DNA of 63,725 bases, counting the filler, from Octopus bimaculoides (lineage: Eukaryota): assembly GCF_001194135.2 (NCBI RefSeq). It is 9 parts of 8 records of this genome, joined end to end, with 100 filler letters (N's around TTAATTAATTAA, not from the genome) between each part and the next. Parts side by side here need not be neighbours in the genome. Positions count along the whole stretch, not along the records: positions 34,051 to 51,939 come from NC_069007.1; 8 more parts are not named here. One strand, given 5' to 3'. Below are positions 35,791 through 50,477 of this stretch, piece after piece. How positions within the stretch are numbered: the first letter of the stretch is position 1; each line of letters begins with the position of its first letter. A program made the position numbers and the translations under genes. The notes beneath the pieces are model-generated. The model was given only the letters and a program-made list of their open reading frames with translations, ran no database searches and was not told the DNA's origin.

Positions 35791-36941
35791 AGTAAAGTAA
35801 AAATGTGTTTTTTTTTCCCATGCTCCAAAGTTTCTGCCATTTCTGTTTGCTAACAGATAATAATAACGATAATGTTTCCTAAAAAATAATGATTGCTTAA
35901 AAAGAACTTGCCAACCATTTGTTTTTAATGAGGTACTCCAATTTTTTTTTATACGAACCTACAGATATGTCAATTACTCTCTTTTGGCTGAAACTAGCAT
36001 TTAAAGTCGGATAAAATACCATTTAAGTTATAACCTCAGCGGTTCAAGAAGACAACAAAAACACCGTTTATTGTGGAAAATTCCAATATATTTTATTGTT
36101 AAAAAATATGTTAAACCATCAGTTTTAATTTAACAGAAGTATAATTTTAACAAACAAACAAAAAGAAAAAAAAAAGTAGAAAGAAAAAACATTTCTAGGA
36201 GCGAAACAAAAACAAATATAATTTAATTTAATACAACCCTTGTTTTTTTATCCGCCGTTTTTCAATTTAGCGCTAAAACAGAGACGGGAAATGATTTTTC
36301 AAATAATATAACAGTCGTATTTAAACCCATAGTTCATTTTAAAATAAAAGGAGTTAGGATCGGTTGCATAAAACGAATTGAAGGCAATTAATATGGAATA
36401 TAAAGAAGACTGGTATTAGTCAATATAACGTGTTTTTGTGTGAATGTGAGTATGTTCTGTGTGGGCTAATTTTTTTCTTTCCCGTGCTGGCATTTGCATA
36501 AAACTACGTTAACAAGATAAAACGAGAGCCGAACAAATGCGCTGGAATTCAGTCACATAAAGGATTGGGCTTAATGGTGGAATATGTCAAAAGAAATATA
36601 AAATAAAATTAAGAATAAGGACAAGAAAGGCATTGATGAATATGTCGACGCACAAATGCATAGAGACACCATAGACACGTTAAGGAATTTCATTTGATTT
36701 CGTTAATCGAATGATCGAACTAAATAGAGACGATTGTAATTGAGTAATCAATTGTATGCTCTCACGTTCGTGTTCCCTGAACTAGCTACAAAGCGATTGT
36801 TGACCAATTCAGAGAAATGAGAATGAAGGAGGTCCAATGAAAGGCTTTTTGGCAGAGCAACGTTTGTAAACCTATATCTTTCTGCATCGATTCGCTTTCA
36901 GGTATAAGTTTCGCTAGTTGCTGTAGCGATATATTAGTGAT

Positions 36942-36997
<56 letters not shown>

Positions 36998-37646
36998 ATA
37001 TATACACACACAGATATATCCAAGCATATACATATAATAGATATAGGTTAATAGTTATAGATACATATATATATGTATATGTGTGTGTACATATATATAC
37101 ATAAATATATATAATATGCATATATTTTATATATAATATGTTAGTACATACACACATGTACATATAGTTTGTATGTAGCATATGTATGTACCTGTAGAAC
37201 TATATACATACATACATATATATTTTATAGACATCCGTGGAATTAATGTGCTATATATATATATATATATATATATCGATATATGTACATATATACACAT
37301 TTATATTTGTATATATATATATACATACTCATACATGAGTGTTTTTATATGTACATATGTTTATATATATATTATATATAGATACATATATATATAATAT
37401 ATACATACACATACGTATACACAGTAACATCCAATTGGACCAACTCCATTATGAGAGTTCCTACTGTTATCAAAGAATTTAACTGCTCGTAAACAACACG
37501 AAAGGATTCCGGAGTGACCAGCCTTTGACTCACATATCCACATCACCGTCTAATTACACATATACATAGATGATAAAATCCTCACGCACACACACATAAA
37601 TCTATATTTCAGTGCACTTACTTTCACATATATGTATATGCGTGTA

Positions 37647-37682
<36 letters not shown>

Positions 37683-37776
37683 CACATACACACAAATATT
37701 TGAAGTTGTATGAGTTGGTATATGTATTTATATGAATATAACACTTATATATATATATGTATATATACATATATAC

Positions 37777-37821
<45 letters not shown>

Positions 37822-38762
37822 GATGTATGTATGTATATGTATATGTATGCGTATATATGTATTTATGTATGTATTTAGTGTTTGTGTAAGGACATTTGAG
37901 GGCCAACATTTCGAAGTCAACCTTCTTGTAAAAATATAACAAATAGGTACTCTACAAGTAATGTCGAGCAATTTTTAGTTTAATGTTAAATTGTTTTTAT
38001 TTTATTACATCTCGATACAAACACACACACACACATGTATATATATATATATTTGCTTTTCTATCTATCTATCTGTCTTTTTATCAGTATAAGCATGCAT
38101 ACAGACGTACATATATATATATACATACATGCATACATACATATATGATATATATATATATATATATACACTCAACTATGTATCGACCGATTTCACGATT
38201 ACCAGAATGAAATCTAGTTTTCGCTCGTCAGAATAGTACAGTACAGATATATAAATGGATTTTGTTTATTTTTATATATCTGTACTGTACTATATATATA
38301 TATGAGTAGAGGAGGAAATGGAAACATTGACTTTTGTAAACCCTAAGATGACGGAAAATCAATGTACGATCTAACTTATTACATACATTTTATTCACATT
38401 ACATTCAATGTTTATCTGATCAGCATCACATTTATTCACATCCTATTGAACCTATATTAGATATATTTCACGTTTTTCTGTTCCTTATTCAATACATACG
38501 CGTACTGGACCTACATTATTACTCAATCATATTGTATTCTCCAATATACTTTTTCCATTAACTATTTATATGAGAATTTACAGATATTTGAACATCGATT
38601 AGTTCCTTAGTCAATAGATGTGTAATTATGTTATTACTTTTAAATATTGCGTACATACAGTGTTCCAGAAAGAACCTATGCTTGTATATAAATATGTGCG
38701 TGTGTGTGTTTTATGTATATACAAACATGCATGCATAAATGTATATATATGTATATACATAC

Positions 38763-38797
<35 letters not shown>

Positions 38798-38896
38798 CAC
38801 ATGCACGCACACACTCATATAAATGTTCAGAATGTAGGCATTGTTCGATGAACGTATATACATACATGTACATATATATGCATATACTCATATATT

Positions 38897-38973
<77 letters not shown>

Positions 38974-39006
38974 TATATGTATTTATGTCTGTTTGTGTGT
39001 GAGTGT

Positions 39007-39039
<33 letters not shown>

Positions 39040-39381
39040 TATTCATGATACTATAAATGAATGTATATATAAGTACATATAACCGCAGCTTTTGAACTGT
39101 CTTTATGTCATATATTTTGAATGGGCTCTAACTAAAGACCTTTACTCCCGTTCTTCCCGTCGCTGTTGTCGTTTCTGTTGCTACTACTGCTGTTGCGACT
39201 CGACTGATTCTAACATCCTTTAAATACAGTCCTGTCTAATTGTTTATATTGCTGTTTTCAGACCAATTATCGATCTTAGTTTGATGTAGTCTTTCTGAAA
39301 TTGCTTCCTTCGTGTTTTTATCAATAAAATGTTCTTCGGAATTGCATTAATTAGCAATAATTTTCATTTAAACTCACAGTC

Positions 39382-39434
<53 letters not shown>

Positions 39435-39444
39435 TAATAATAAT

Positions 39445-39498
<54 letters not shown>

Positions 39499-39872
39499 AA
39501 TAATATTATTATTATTGTTGTTTGTTGCTGTTGTTGTTGTTTTCGTTGTTATTTTGCAAATGTTAAAAATAAAGTTTCTATGGACAGAAATGTGATTCTC
39601 CGTCAGCATCGTCGATGATAATACGTTTGTTTGTTTGTTTGTCTAAATGTATTACTATTCGTGAAAGGAACGCGTGTACCGTTTGTGTATATTATAGATG
39701 CTTGTACCTACCCTTAACTCATTCAGTTTCTTTGACCAAATGGTTTCCTACTTGTGAAATTAACGGGTAAAAAAAAGGTTATGGAATTTTTTCTGAATTG
39801 GTGGTGGGACACCGTATGACAAGTTGAGTCATCAGAATTACTAGAATATTTCAGAGCCGAAAAGAGAAAGAC

Positions 39873-39937
<65 letters not shown>

Positions 39938-39991
39938 AAGAGAGAAGAAAAAGAGAGAATAATCTACTCCAATACCTCTTTTATTTCTTAT

Positions 39992-40405
39992 ACTTATTTC
40001 AGGTATTAGACTGCGGCCATACTGGGGCACAGACTTGATGAGTTGTATTCGAACAAATAGACACCAGCACTTAGTTTTTTCTGAGCCTGGTACTTATTCT
40101 AACTGTCTCTTATATCGAACCGCTAAATTAAGGGGACACAAACAAACCGGCATCAGTTGTCAAGTGGTGGTAGGGCTAACAAAAATACATCTCTATCTAT
40201 CTATCTGTCTGTCTATCTATCTATCTATCTATCTATATATATATATATATATATATACACAACGGGCTTCTTTCAGTTTCCGTTTACCAAATCCACTCAC
40301 AAGGCTTTTGATCAGCCCGGGGCCATGGAAGACATTTGTCAGGGTTCCACACAGTGGGACTGAAACCAGAACCTTATGGTTGGAAAGCAAACTTCTTACC
40401 ATTCT
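39992..40405 (-). mobile_element. near full-length SINE family A with internal microsatellite
   Basis: 3' module 39992-40180, (TATC/TA)n spacer, 5' module 40260-40405. Confidence 0.85.
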
Positions 40406-40600
40406 CGATTAGTATTTTCTTTATTGACAAAGAAAAGATAAAAACAAAGTTGAGTAATGGATGGTGGAGTTGAACCCGCACCTCACAAGTGGAATGAAAA
40501 CCATAAGGCATTTTATCCAGCGCTCTAATGATTCAACTTACTACCTTTTCTATATATACTATCGCTTTATACAAAGGTACACTTCAATAATTCTCTATCC

Positions 40601-40675
<75 letters not shown>

Positions 40676-40744
40676 TTCTGTCTCAATGTGTATGTGTGTG
40701 TGTGCGCGCGCTTCCATGCATCTAGTGTATTCTATTCATCATAA

Positions 40745-40925
40745 CCACTCACATCTTGCATTTATACGATTCAACTGATTTCCGTGTGAATGGGCTGGAG
40801 CGAGGTGAAATGGGGTGCCTTGCCCAGGAACACAATAAGTCATCTAATCCGGAAATCGAACTCATGACATGTGAGAATCGTGACGCCAACAGGCTAATCA
40901 CTACGCCATGTATCTTCACATCAAA
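40745..40925 (-). mobile_element. degenerate tRNA-headed CORE-like SINE
   Basis: Minus strand has gagttcgatttccgg followed by ttgtgttcctgggcaaggcacc. Confidence 0.55.
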
Positions 40926-41283
40926 CCGTTTACATTATATAAAAAGTCCGTTGACGAAACTGAACACACAGTGATAAGGGTTGGAGTTTAAGTCGAAAAG
41001 AAACAAAAACAAAAATTCAATTGCATATCTTGTTTTTCAGATAAATGGAGGGTAATGAAGTAGATCTTTGAAAATGAAAAGGAATCAAGTACACCATTTC
41101 TTTTTTCAAAGAGGTTTTGTGTCTTATTTTTTTTTTCTTTTAACAAATAATTCCGCGGTATGTTTTTGATTTTAACTTCAGATGTTTTAAGAAATAAAAA
41201 GGTGAAAGTTAAACATTGGAAGTTATTTGATAATGAAATTTAAAATAAAACAACATAACAGAACATTATTCGAAACCCTAGAA

Positions 41284-41562
41284 CAGGGATCCCCAACCGC
41301 CAGGTTGTGGATCGTTTGGTACCGGGCCGCACAGAAATAATAATTATTAAAATTTTGGTTTGTATCATACATATTCTAATCTAATGATAGTTGAAATAAA
41401 ATACATAATGGATAATATATTAATTACATTTGTATTATAATTGTGATAATTAAATATGTTATGTAATTTATTGTGTTTTGTTATGCATGTGATCCTTCAG
41501 CCCGTGGAAAAATTGTCTTGCATGGAACCAGTTCGTGGTGCGAAAGAGACTGGAGAGTGTTG
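41284..41562 (+). mobile_element. hAT-Charlie-type MITE (MER1-like ends) with 8-bp TSD
   Basis: Left end cagggatccccaacc; right end cccgtggaaaaattgtcttgcatggaaccagt...gactggagagtgttg. Flanks ccctagaa (41276-41283) and tcctagaa (41563-41570) fit the Charlie NTCTAGAN-like target. Confidence 0.75.
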
Positions 41563-42363
41563 TCCTAGAAGGGTTCGTGTTTTCTTACGGGAAGAAAAGT
41601 AAAAAAAGAGTTGTTTAATGTTTCTTTTTTTTTTACATCTTAACGATGTTACATAATTTTAATTAGTTGTGAGTAGAAAAATATATTTATATAATAATAC
41701 GAAACGAGAACTTGTATGTCTAGAATTTCTTTTCCGTACAACCAGTGTCAAATTTATGATTCTTACGACTGTTTTTCATATTAATAGCAAAGCTTGTAAT
41801 ATTCTACTTCATCGCTTCGATTATGGGATTATGGACAGTCAGAATAACAAATACATTACATTTTACTTTGTACCATAGGAAGCTGAATTTATATTGTGTA
41901 TAATATATATATATATATATANNNNNNNNNNNNNNNNNNNNNNNNNNNNNNNNNNNNNNNNNNNNNNNNNNNNNNNNNNNNNNNNNNNNNNNNNNNNNNN
42001 NNNNNNNNNNNNNNNNNNNNNNNNNNNNNNNNNNNNNNNNNNNNNNNNNNNNNNNNNNNNNNNNNNNNNNNNNNNNNNNNNNNNNNNNNNNNNNNNNNNN
42101 NNNNNNNNNNNNNNNNNNNNNNNNNNNNNNNNNNNNAAAATTAACTTTTGTGTATGCATGTTTCTGTGGGGGGGGGATTTACAACAACCTGTTTAATGAC
42201 AAAGAATTTTCAAAACAATAACAAAGACAATCTTCGTGTATACATACATGCATACATGTATGTATGTATGTATGTATGTATGTATGTATGTATGTATGTA
42301 TGTAGGCATGTATATATACGATAATATAGCAGGATCGATTATTTACGAAAGTTAATTAATATG

Positions 42364-42403
<40 letters not shown>

Positions 42404-42867
42404 CACGAAATCATATATATAAATACGTGTATATATTATATATATTATACACAAAATCACACACACACACATATCTATATATACGTATTTATGCATTTAT
42501 GTATATGCATATATATATATGTTTATATCTATACATATGTGTGTGTGTGTGTGTGTATTTTTATATAAGTTAGCAGGATTGATAACTTTGCAAAAACTAA
42601 TGCTTAATATACTTTTATCCTCCTCCTCCTCCTCCTCATCATCATTTTTGTAGCAGTTGATTGGCCACAACCGGTAAGGTGTCAGATAAAATAGCTCACA
42701 GTATTTGTTACAGTCTTCTGTGTTCTGAGTTCAAATCCAGCTGAAGACAGTTTTGCTTTTCATCTGTCAAGTGCTGACCAGAACTATTGCGTAAAATGTA
42801 TGCTGTCAGACACTGTCAACTCACTAGTAATAGCAGTAGTATTAATAAATTTCAAATATTCGCACAA

Positions 42868-43062
42868 GGCCAGCAATTTCGGGGAAGGAGGTATATCGTT
42901 TACATCGACCCCCACCACTCAGCTGGTACTCATTTCATTGACCCTGGAAGGATGAAAGACAAAGTTGACCTCGGCGAAATTTGATCTCAGAACGTGAAGA
43001 CGGATGAAAGGCCGCTAAGCACTTTGCCCGGCGTGCTAACGATTCTGCCAACTCGCCACCTT
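42868..43062 (-). mobile_element. SINE family B
   Basis: Homologous to 59128-59358. Confidence 0.85.
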
Positions 43063-43223
43063 AGCAACAACAACAACAACAACAGCAGTAACAATACTAG
43101 TAATAATAATAATAATAATAATAATACTTTTATACCAAGATAAAACGTACATGATAATACTTCCAATCAGTTAAGATCAGAAGCCATGAGAGCCACTGCC
43201 TGGTACCGCATCAGGGCATATGA

Positions 43224-43289
<66 letters not shown>

Positions 43290-44239
43290 CATTATTATTA
43301 TTATAACAACAACAACACAAAAATAAATTTTACAAAGGCAAGAACGCCAGAAATCTGGGGCGAGCAGCAAAAGTTGGTTATAATGTCCCAGTATATAACT
43401 GGTACAATAATATTCATAACAAATCACGACTATCCAAAAATGGAGGATTATTCGAATCACGCATAACATAGTTTTACTCCTCGTGCGATTAAAAAAATAG
43501 ACATATTTTAGACACTTTATCTTCGTATACAGTGCGAAAATTTTCTAAAATGTTTAACGTTTTGCGAATAGCGAGCTTTAGGAAAAATGAATTATTAAAC
43601 CTCTGTTAGTCTACAAGAAATATTTCGAGGTTTTGAGACATTGCTGTTCGATTACCGTATTTTCCGGCAAGCAAGCGGAATTTTTCAAACCAAAATTTAC
43701 AGCCAAAAAAAGAAAGTAAATCGTCTTTCATGCCAAGACTAATTTGAAGGACCGAAGACCCCATGAGAAATGTAACAGGATTTGGAAAAAAATAGTGACA
43801 ATGTTCGAATGTTCATACTACATGTTTCATCTATATACTAGATCGACCTGTATGTCGAAAATTACAGTATTTCATTTCAGTTTTTTTTTTCTTTTTCAAG
43901 AATACCATTAAGTGTTTTTAGTTTACGGTAAAGTATTAAAATCAAAATGTAACGCAATTTACCATCAATAAATTCAATCAAAAAAATTAAACCAGATCTT
44001 TACTGATGTCGACATTGAATATTTATGATTGTTGTTTCCATAATAATGAAACTTCGATAATCAATAATTAACAAGTTGTTAGCTTTTAAAATAAATTATT
44101 GATGTAGCATTTTATTTATTATTTTAAAATAATTGTTTGTTGGAAATAAAATTATAAAGAAATAAAAAGAAATATGAGAAAAACTAGTGAAAGTCTTGTT
44201 CGGCAAAAAAATTTCTTTCTTTTTCTTTTCATTTTTGTT

Positions 44240-44510
44240 TTACTTATATCAGTCATTCGACTGTGGTCATGCTGTGGCACCGCCTTAAAAAGTCTAGTCT
44301 TACTCCACTGTCATATATATGTATGTATGTACGTATGTATGTATATATGCATGACCAGTAGACAGTTTCCATTCACGAAATTCAACCACAAGTCATTGGG
44401 TAGCGGGAGCTATTGTAGAAGACATTTGACCAGGCAGTTGCCGCCCAGTGGAACTGGACCAGAAATCACGGGGCTGCAAAGCAAGCTTAACTACTCAGCC
44501 ATGCCAGCGC
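44240..44510 (-). mobile_element. SINE family A fragments
   Basis: 3' end at 44240-44290 and degenerate 5' module at 44375-44510. Confidence 0.6.
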
Positions 44511-45191
44511 CTCGCAAAATTCGGAAAATCCAGTCGATTTACGATCTTCATTTTATTTTAGATGAATATCGGGGGCGCGTGACAGGCTTTTTAAAATTTG
44601 TAATGTCTTCTTCAAATTCCGTCGTATGAAACACTAAAAAACAATAAATATACAAACTAGCTGCTTAATTTAATCCGGAAATAATTAATAATGTAATTAA
44701 TAGACTGGAATTAATTTTGTTTTTGTTTCTTTCTCCGTTGGATATTTTTATCACAAATACGGGAGAGGTGAACCCCAAAGATCTCCCTATTTCCGCCTCT
44801 TGTAACCTTTATATATTTATTCAAATGCCGCACGAATCCCCTACAAGGATTTGAAACAAAGATCATGAGAGTGAGAGCGAATATAAGTGAGTGCCTAGGC
44901 ACAGTTTCAAATTATGTCATGCATGGCTTCAGCGCTATTACCTTCCGCCATCACAACACTTTTTGAAGACGCTCATTTGAAATAACCGGTGGGTGGGGTT
45001 GTCAAGTTTTTTTTTATTAAATACTTTGGGGATTAATTGTCGATCAAAAATGATCGATTTCCACAAACAATAATTATCGAAATTTATGTTTTATTTATTT
45101 ATGAGAAATATCTCAAACAGATATTTCTGTTTTCTTTTATTCGATTCGAAAGATATTTGTCATTATTAGATTTATTACGAACGCTCTATAC

Positions 45192-45232
<41 letters not shown>

Positions 45233-45468
45233 TGTTTTCATCCGAAATGGAGACAAACTGCTCCTCCAAGTGATCGGCTTGAAAATTTGTTAAGATATTT
45301 TTTTGACATGAAACCAATGGTACCTCTAATACGCAAATGAAGAAATTTTATGCACCAATGCGGTGTTGAGCACTGATCCTCATTGATCGACATTTAAGTA
45401 TATATATATACACACATACATGCCTACATACATACCTACATACATACATGCATATATATACATACATG

Positions 45469-45515
<47 letters not shown>

Positions 45516-46737
45516 GAGGTACCTTTTTTGCATAGAATTTTGTGGTTCAATACAGACTAAATTATTATTATATGTCAAACCTATACAGTTTGTTTGTTAT
45601 ATAATATACAAGAAAACGCACCACAATTTTCATACCTAATGATATCATTATTACATAGCCTTTGACATATGAAGAATATTCCAGCAATATTTTAAATAGA
45701 TTTTCATCATATTCATGCATTTGGAACCAGATATACGAACGGGAAACAGTAACAACAGCAACAACAATATTAACTGGCCAAGTTTAAATATTCGAGAAAT
45801 AAACATATCACATACGTGCAGTTTTGATGAAGTGTAATGATTAATTAAATACATGTAATCGTTCTGTCTAACGCATATGGCTAATTTATCTTCGCCTATT
45901 TGTTACAGTTGGAAGTTAAAAAAAAAAACAAAGCACATCTATCTATTTGTCTATCTAACTGTCTGTCTGACTGTCTCTTTCTCTCTCTCTTTATATATAT
46001 ATATATATNNNNNNNNNNNNNNNNNNNNNNNNNNNNNNNNNNNNNNNNNNNNNNNNNNNNNNNNNNNNNNNNNNNNNNNNNNNNNNNNNNNNNNNNNNNN
46101 NNNNNNNNNNNNNNNNNNNNNNNNNNNNNNNNNNNNNNNNNNNNNNNNNNNNNNNNNNNNNNNNNNNNNNNNNNNNNNNNNNNNNNNNNNNNNNNNNNNN
46201 NNNNNNNNNNNNNNNNNNNNNNNNNNNNNNNNNNNNNNNNNNNNNNNNNNNNNNNNNNNNNNNNNNNNNNNNNNNNNNNNNNNNNNNNNNNNNNNNNNNN
46301 NNNNNNNNNNNNNNNNNNNNNNNNNNNNNNNNNNNNNNNNNNNNNNNNNNNNNNNNNNNNNNNNNNNNNNNNNNNNNNNNNNNNNNNNNNNNNNNNNNNN
46401 NNNNNNNNNNNNNNNNNNNNNNNNNNNNNNNNNNNNNNNNNNNNNNNNNNNNNNNNNNNNNNNNNNNNNNNNNNNNNNNNNNNNNNNNNNNNNNNNNNNN
46501 NNNNNNNNNNNNNNNNNNNNNNNNNNNNNNNNNNNNNNNNNNNNNNNNNNNNNNNNNNNNNNNNNNNNNNNNNNNNNNNNNNNNNNNNNNNNNNNNNNNN
46601 NNNNNNNNNNNNNNNNNNNNNNNNNNNNNNNNNNNNNNNNNNNNNNNNNNNNNNNNNNNNNNNNNNNNNNNNNNNNNNNNNNNNNNNNNNNNNNNNNNNN
46701 NNNNNNNNNNNNNNNNNNNNNNNNNNNNNNNNNNNNN

Positions 46738-47317
<580 letters not shown>

Positions 47318-47320
47318 AAT

Positions 47321-47610
47321 GAGAGGTAACTCGAATGTGGAATCTAAAACCAGAAACAATTCCTATCATAGTAGGCGCCTTAGGTATAATAAAAAAAATA
47401 TTCAGACAAATACATAACAAAAACACCAGGACTTACAAATATATATAACATACAGAAAATTGCACTACTGGGCACTGCACACATCCTACGCAAAACACTT
47501 TCAATACAGTAACCATAAGAGCATCACAGCAAACCACTGCACATATCCAAGGCACACAGAGCTGCGCTCAGTAGTGAAGTGAAAGCACGTGATAAAAATA
47601 AAACTACTGA
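47321..47610 (+). mobile_element. 5'-truncated R4/Dong-like element, third family
   Basis: EVTRMWNLKPETIPIIVGALGIIKK(fs)YSDKYITKTPGLTNIYNIQKIALLGTAHILRKTLSIQ*, ending in (AAT)n. Confidence 0.85.
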
Positions 47611-48309
47611 ATAATAATAATATAGGCACAAGGTCAGTAGCTTTGAGGGATGAGGGTCAGTCGATAAACCTCAACACTAGTACTTTTAACTGAAACTGCA
47701 TTTTATCTACCTCGGAGTAAAGGGTAAAGTTGACCTCGTTGAAGTTTGAATGTAAATACTAGTAAAGATAATACAATTTATCTGTAATAATAATTCAGAG
47801 ATTGTCAATCCTATCTAAAAAATTTTTTTTAAACATTTGTTTTATTATTATTATATTTCTCTTCTTTTTTTAATATTTGCAATAATACTCCGTTGCTAAG
47901 CAGAATTTAAATCCTTATTCCATTGTTTTATCCTCTCTTAACAATAATTGGGAAATGAAATGGAAACTATGAAATAAATAAATAAAGTGATAAATAAATA
48001 ACATTATAAATGAATAAATAAATTATGGGACAAAAATAAAATGCATAGACGCTGGAAGCTATTTGCGTTTCGTAATTAGAAAATAAGAAAAAAAAAATAA
48101 AAGCATATAACCACGAAAAATAACAGCAATCGCTTAAAATATAGGTAGAATTATTGTTATTATTATTATTATTATTGTTATTATTATTATTATTAATATT
48201 ATTTTTATTATTATTATTATCAATGCTACGCCGCAAATATTGTCGAAATAATATTTTCGGCTATGAGTTATTAACCTTGTGCTTCAAATATATGTTGATG
48301 GTTTATATG

Positions 48310-48413
<104 letters not shown>

Positions 48414-49147
48414 CATATATATATATATGCATAGATGTGTAAGCGTGCGTGTGTAGATACATGTGTGTATATATATGTGTGTGTGTATATTTATATATAT
48501 ACATATACATATATATACACACACACACACACATATATATAGACAGAGAGTAGAAAGAGAGATACATATATTTTTGAATATTTATATATATATAGACACA
48601 CACACACATACATACATTATATATATATATATATATATNNNNNNNNNNNNNNNNNNNNNNNNNNNNNNNNNNNNNNNNNNNNNNNNNNNNNNNNNNNNNN
48701 NNNNNNNNNNNNNNNNNNNNNNNNNNNNNNNNNNNNNNNNNNNNNNNNNNNNNNNNNNNNNNNNNNNNNNNNNNNNNNNNNNNNNNNNNNNNNNNNNNNN
48801 NNNNNNNNNNNNNNNNNNNNNNNNNNNNNNNNNNNNNNNNNNNNNNNNNNNNNNNNNNNNNNNNNNNNNNNNNNNNNNNNNNNNNNNNNNNNNNNNNNNN
48901 NNNNNNNNNNNNNNNNNNNNNNNNNNNNNNNNNNNNNNNNNNNNNNNNNNNNNNNNNNNNNNNNNNNNNNNNNNNNNNNNNNNNNNNNNNNNNNNNNNNN
49001 NNNNNNNNNNNNNNNNNNNNNNNNNNNNNNNNNNNNNNNNNNNNNNNNNNNNNNNNNNNNNNNNNNNNNNNNNNNNNNNNNNNNNNNNNNNNNNNNNNNN
49101 NNNNNNNNNNNNNNNNNNNNNNNNNNNNNNNNNNNNNNNNNNNNNNN

Positions 49148-49178
<31 letters not shown>

Positions 49179-49179
49179 C

Positions 49180-49333
49180 GAGGAGTTGTTAGATAGAAAC
49201 GTTCCATGTTGGTATTCAAAAATTTCCTAGTATGAAGACAGTGTACCATATTCCGCTTTCTTGGGAAGTTAAATAACCATGGATGAAGCTGAAGAGGAAG
49301 ATGAAACAGAAAGAGAGGGGGAGAGAGAGAGAC

Positions 49334-49364
<31 letters not shown>

Positions 49365-49495
49365 AACGTTGGAGCCTTCAGTTAGAGAGGCACCGATTTG
49401 GAATTCCCAGAATTCGAGATTTAAAGATAGCGTTCCTAATCTGTCTTTCTTGTGAAGTTTTATCATCATGGTAGAACAGGAGAAGGATAGATAGT

Positions 49496-49555
<60 letters not shown>

Positions 49556-49900
49556 GAGATAGATAGATAGATAGATAGATAGATAGTAAAAAAGAGTAAA
49601 AGTGAGAAAGAGACAGAGAGTAACAGAGAAGCCAATGGATAGAAATACTCTGTACAGGAATTCTCAGACTTCAAGGTTTGAACATTGGCGTTCGTCATTC
49701 GTCTTCCTTAGGAAGTTAAATCACAACGAAAGAAACTGAAGAGGGGGAAAGAGAAATAAATAGACTGAGGGCAAGAAAGAAAGAGAAAGAGAAAGAAAGA
49801 GACAGACAGACAGACAGAGGAGCCATTTTACGAGCGAGGCTCCTAACAGGAATTCCCAGAATTCCAATGTTGAAGACAGCGTTTGTCATTCTTCTTTTAA
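49180..49900. repeat. diverged 4-unit tandem array (about 85-120 bp cores) with microsatellite spacers
   Basis: Cores at about 49180-49297, 49371-49485, 49626-49745 and 49817-49900 share ggagcc...ggaattcccagaattc...gaagacagcgtt...ggaagttaaat. Confidence 0.7.
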
Positions 49901-50114
49901 CTTTTCTCGCATCCTCATTAATTTGTATTTCTCCTCGTTAGTTTTTTTCAAATTGGCTTCGTAAGCCTCGGCTCGTGCCGCTGACATCACGTCACTAATC
50001 ATGGCGTCTTTCTTATGAAACATCCGGTAACTTTCCGTTGCTTGACGCATGCGTCTCCATAGAACGTCAAGTGACGTAATGCTCTTGACTTTTTCGATGG
50101 GATGATGTTTACTT
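49886..50114 (-). CDS. candidate terminal coding exon, helical/coiled-coil-like C-terminus, product unknown
   Basis: ttttattttattttcag| acceptor, then an open frame SKHHPIEKVKSITSLDVLWRRMRQATESYRMFHKKDAMISDVMSAARAEAYEANLKKTNEEKYKLMRMREKLKEE*. CpG-rich and non-repetitive. Confidence 0.55.
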
Positions 50115-50439
50115 CTGAAAAATAAAATAAAATATAATTAGATTAAATTATAAGAATTAAACAGGAAGAAACAAAGAAACAGAAAAACCAAAGGAAAACA
50201 AGTGTCGTCGAGCAAGGGGAGCAATGGGTTATGCACCCTGGACGAAATTGGGTACTTAGCCACGCCCTGCAGTAATTATCCTGATTGCATTGCCGCAGAG
50301 AATGGTCAGCGACACTTGCTGCAGCAATCACTCCACTTCTCAGGGCTCATTTCTCAAACAAGCCGCCAGGAGGAGTGAGAGGGGGAGAGAGAGAAAGAGA
50401 TGGGAAAGAGAGAGGGGAGAGAGAGATGGGGAGAAAGAG

Positions 50440-50477
<38 letters not shown>

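Noticed and set aside
49180-49900. Repeat-spacer layout as a CRISPR-like array
   Set aside because: Eukaryotic context, long diverged units, microsatellite spacers, no cas genes.
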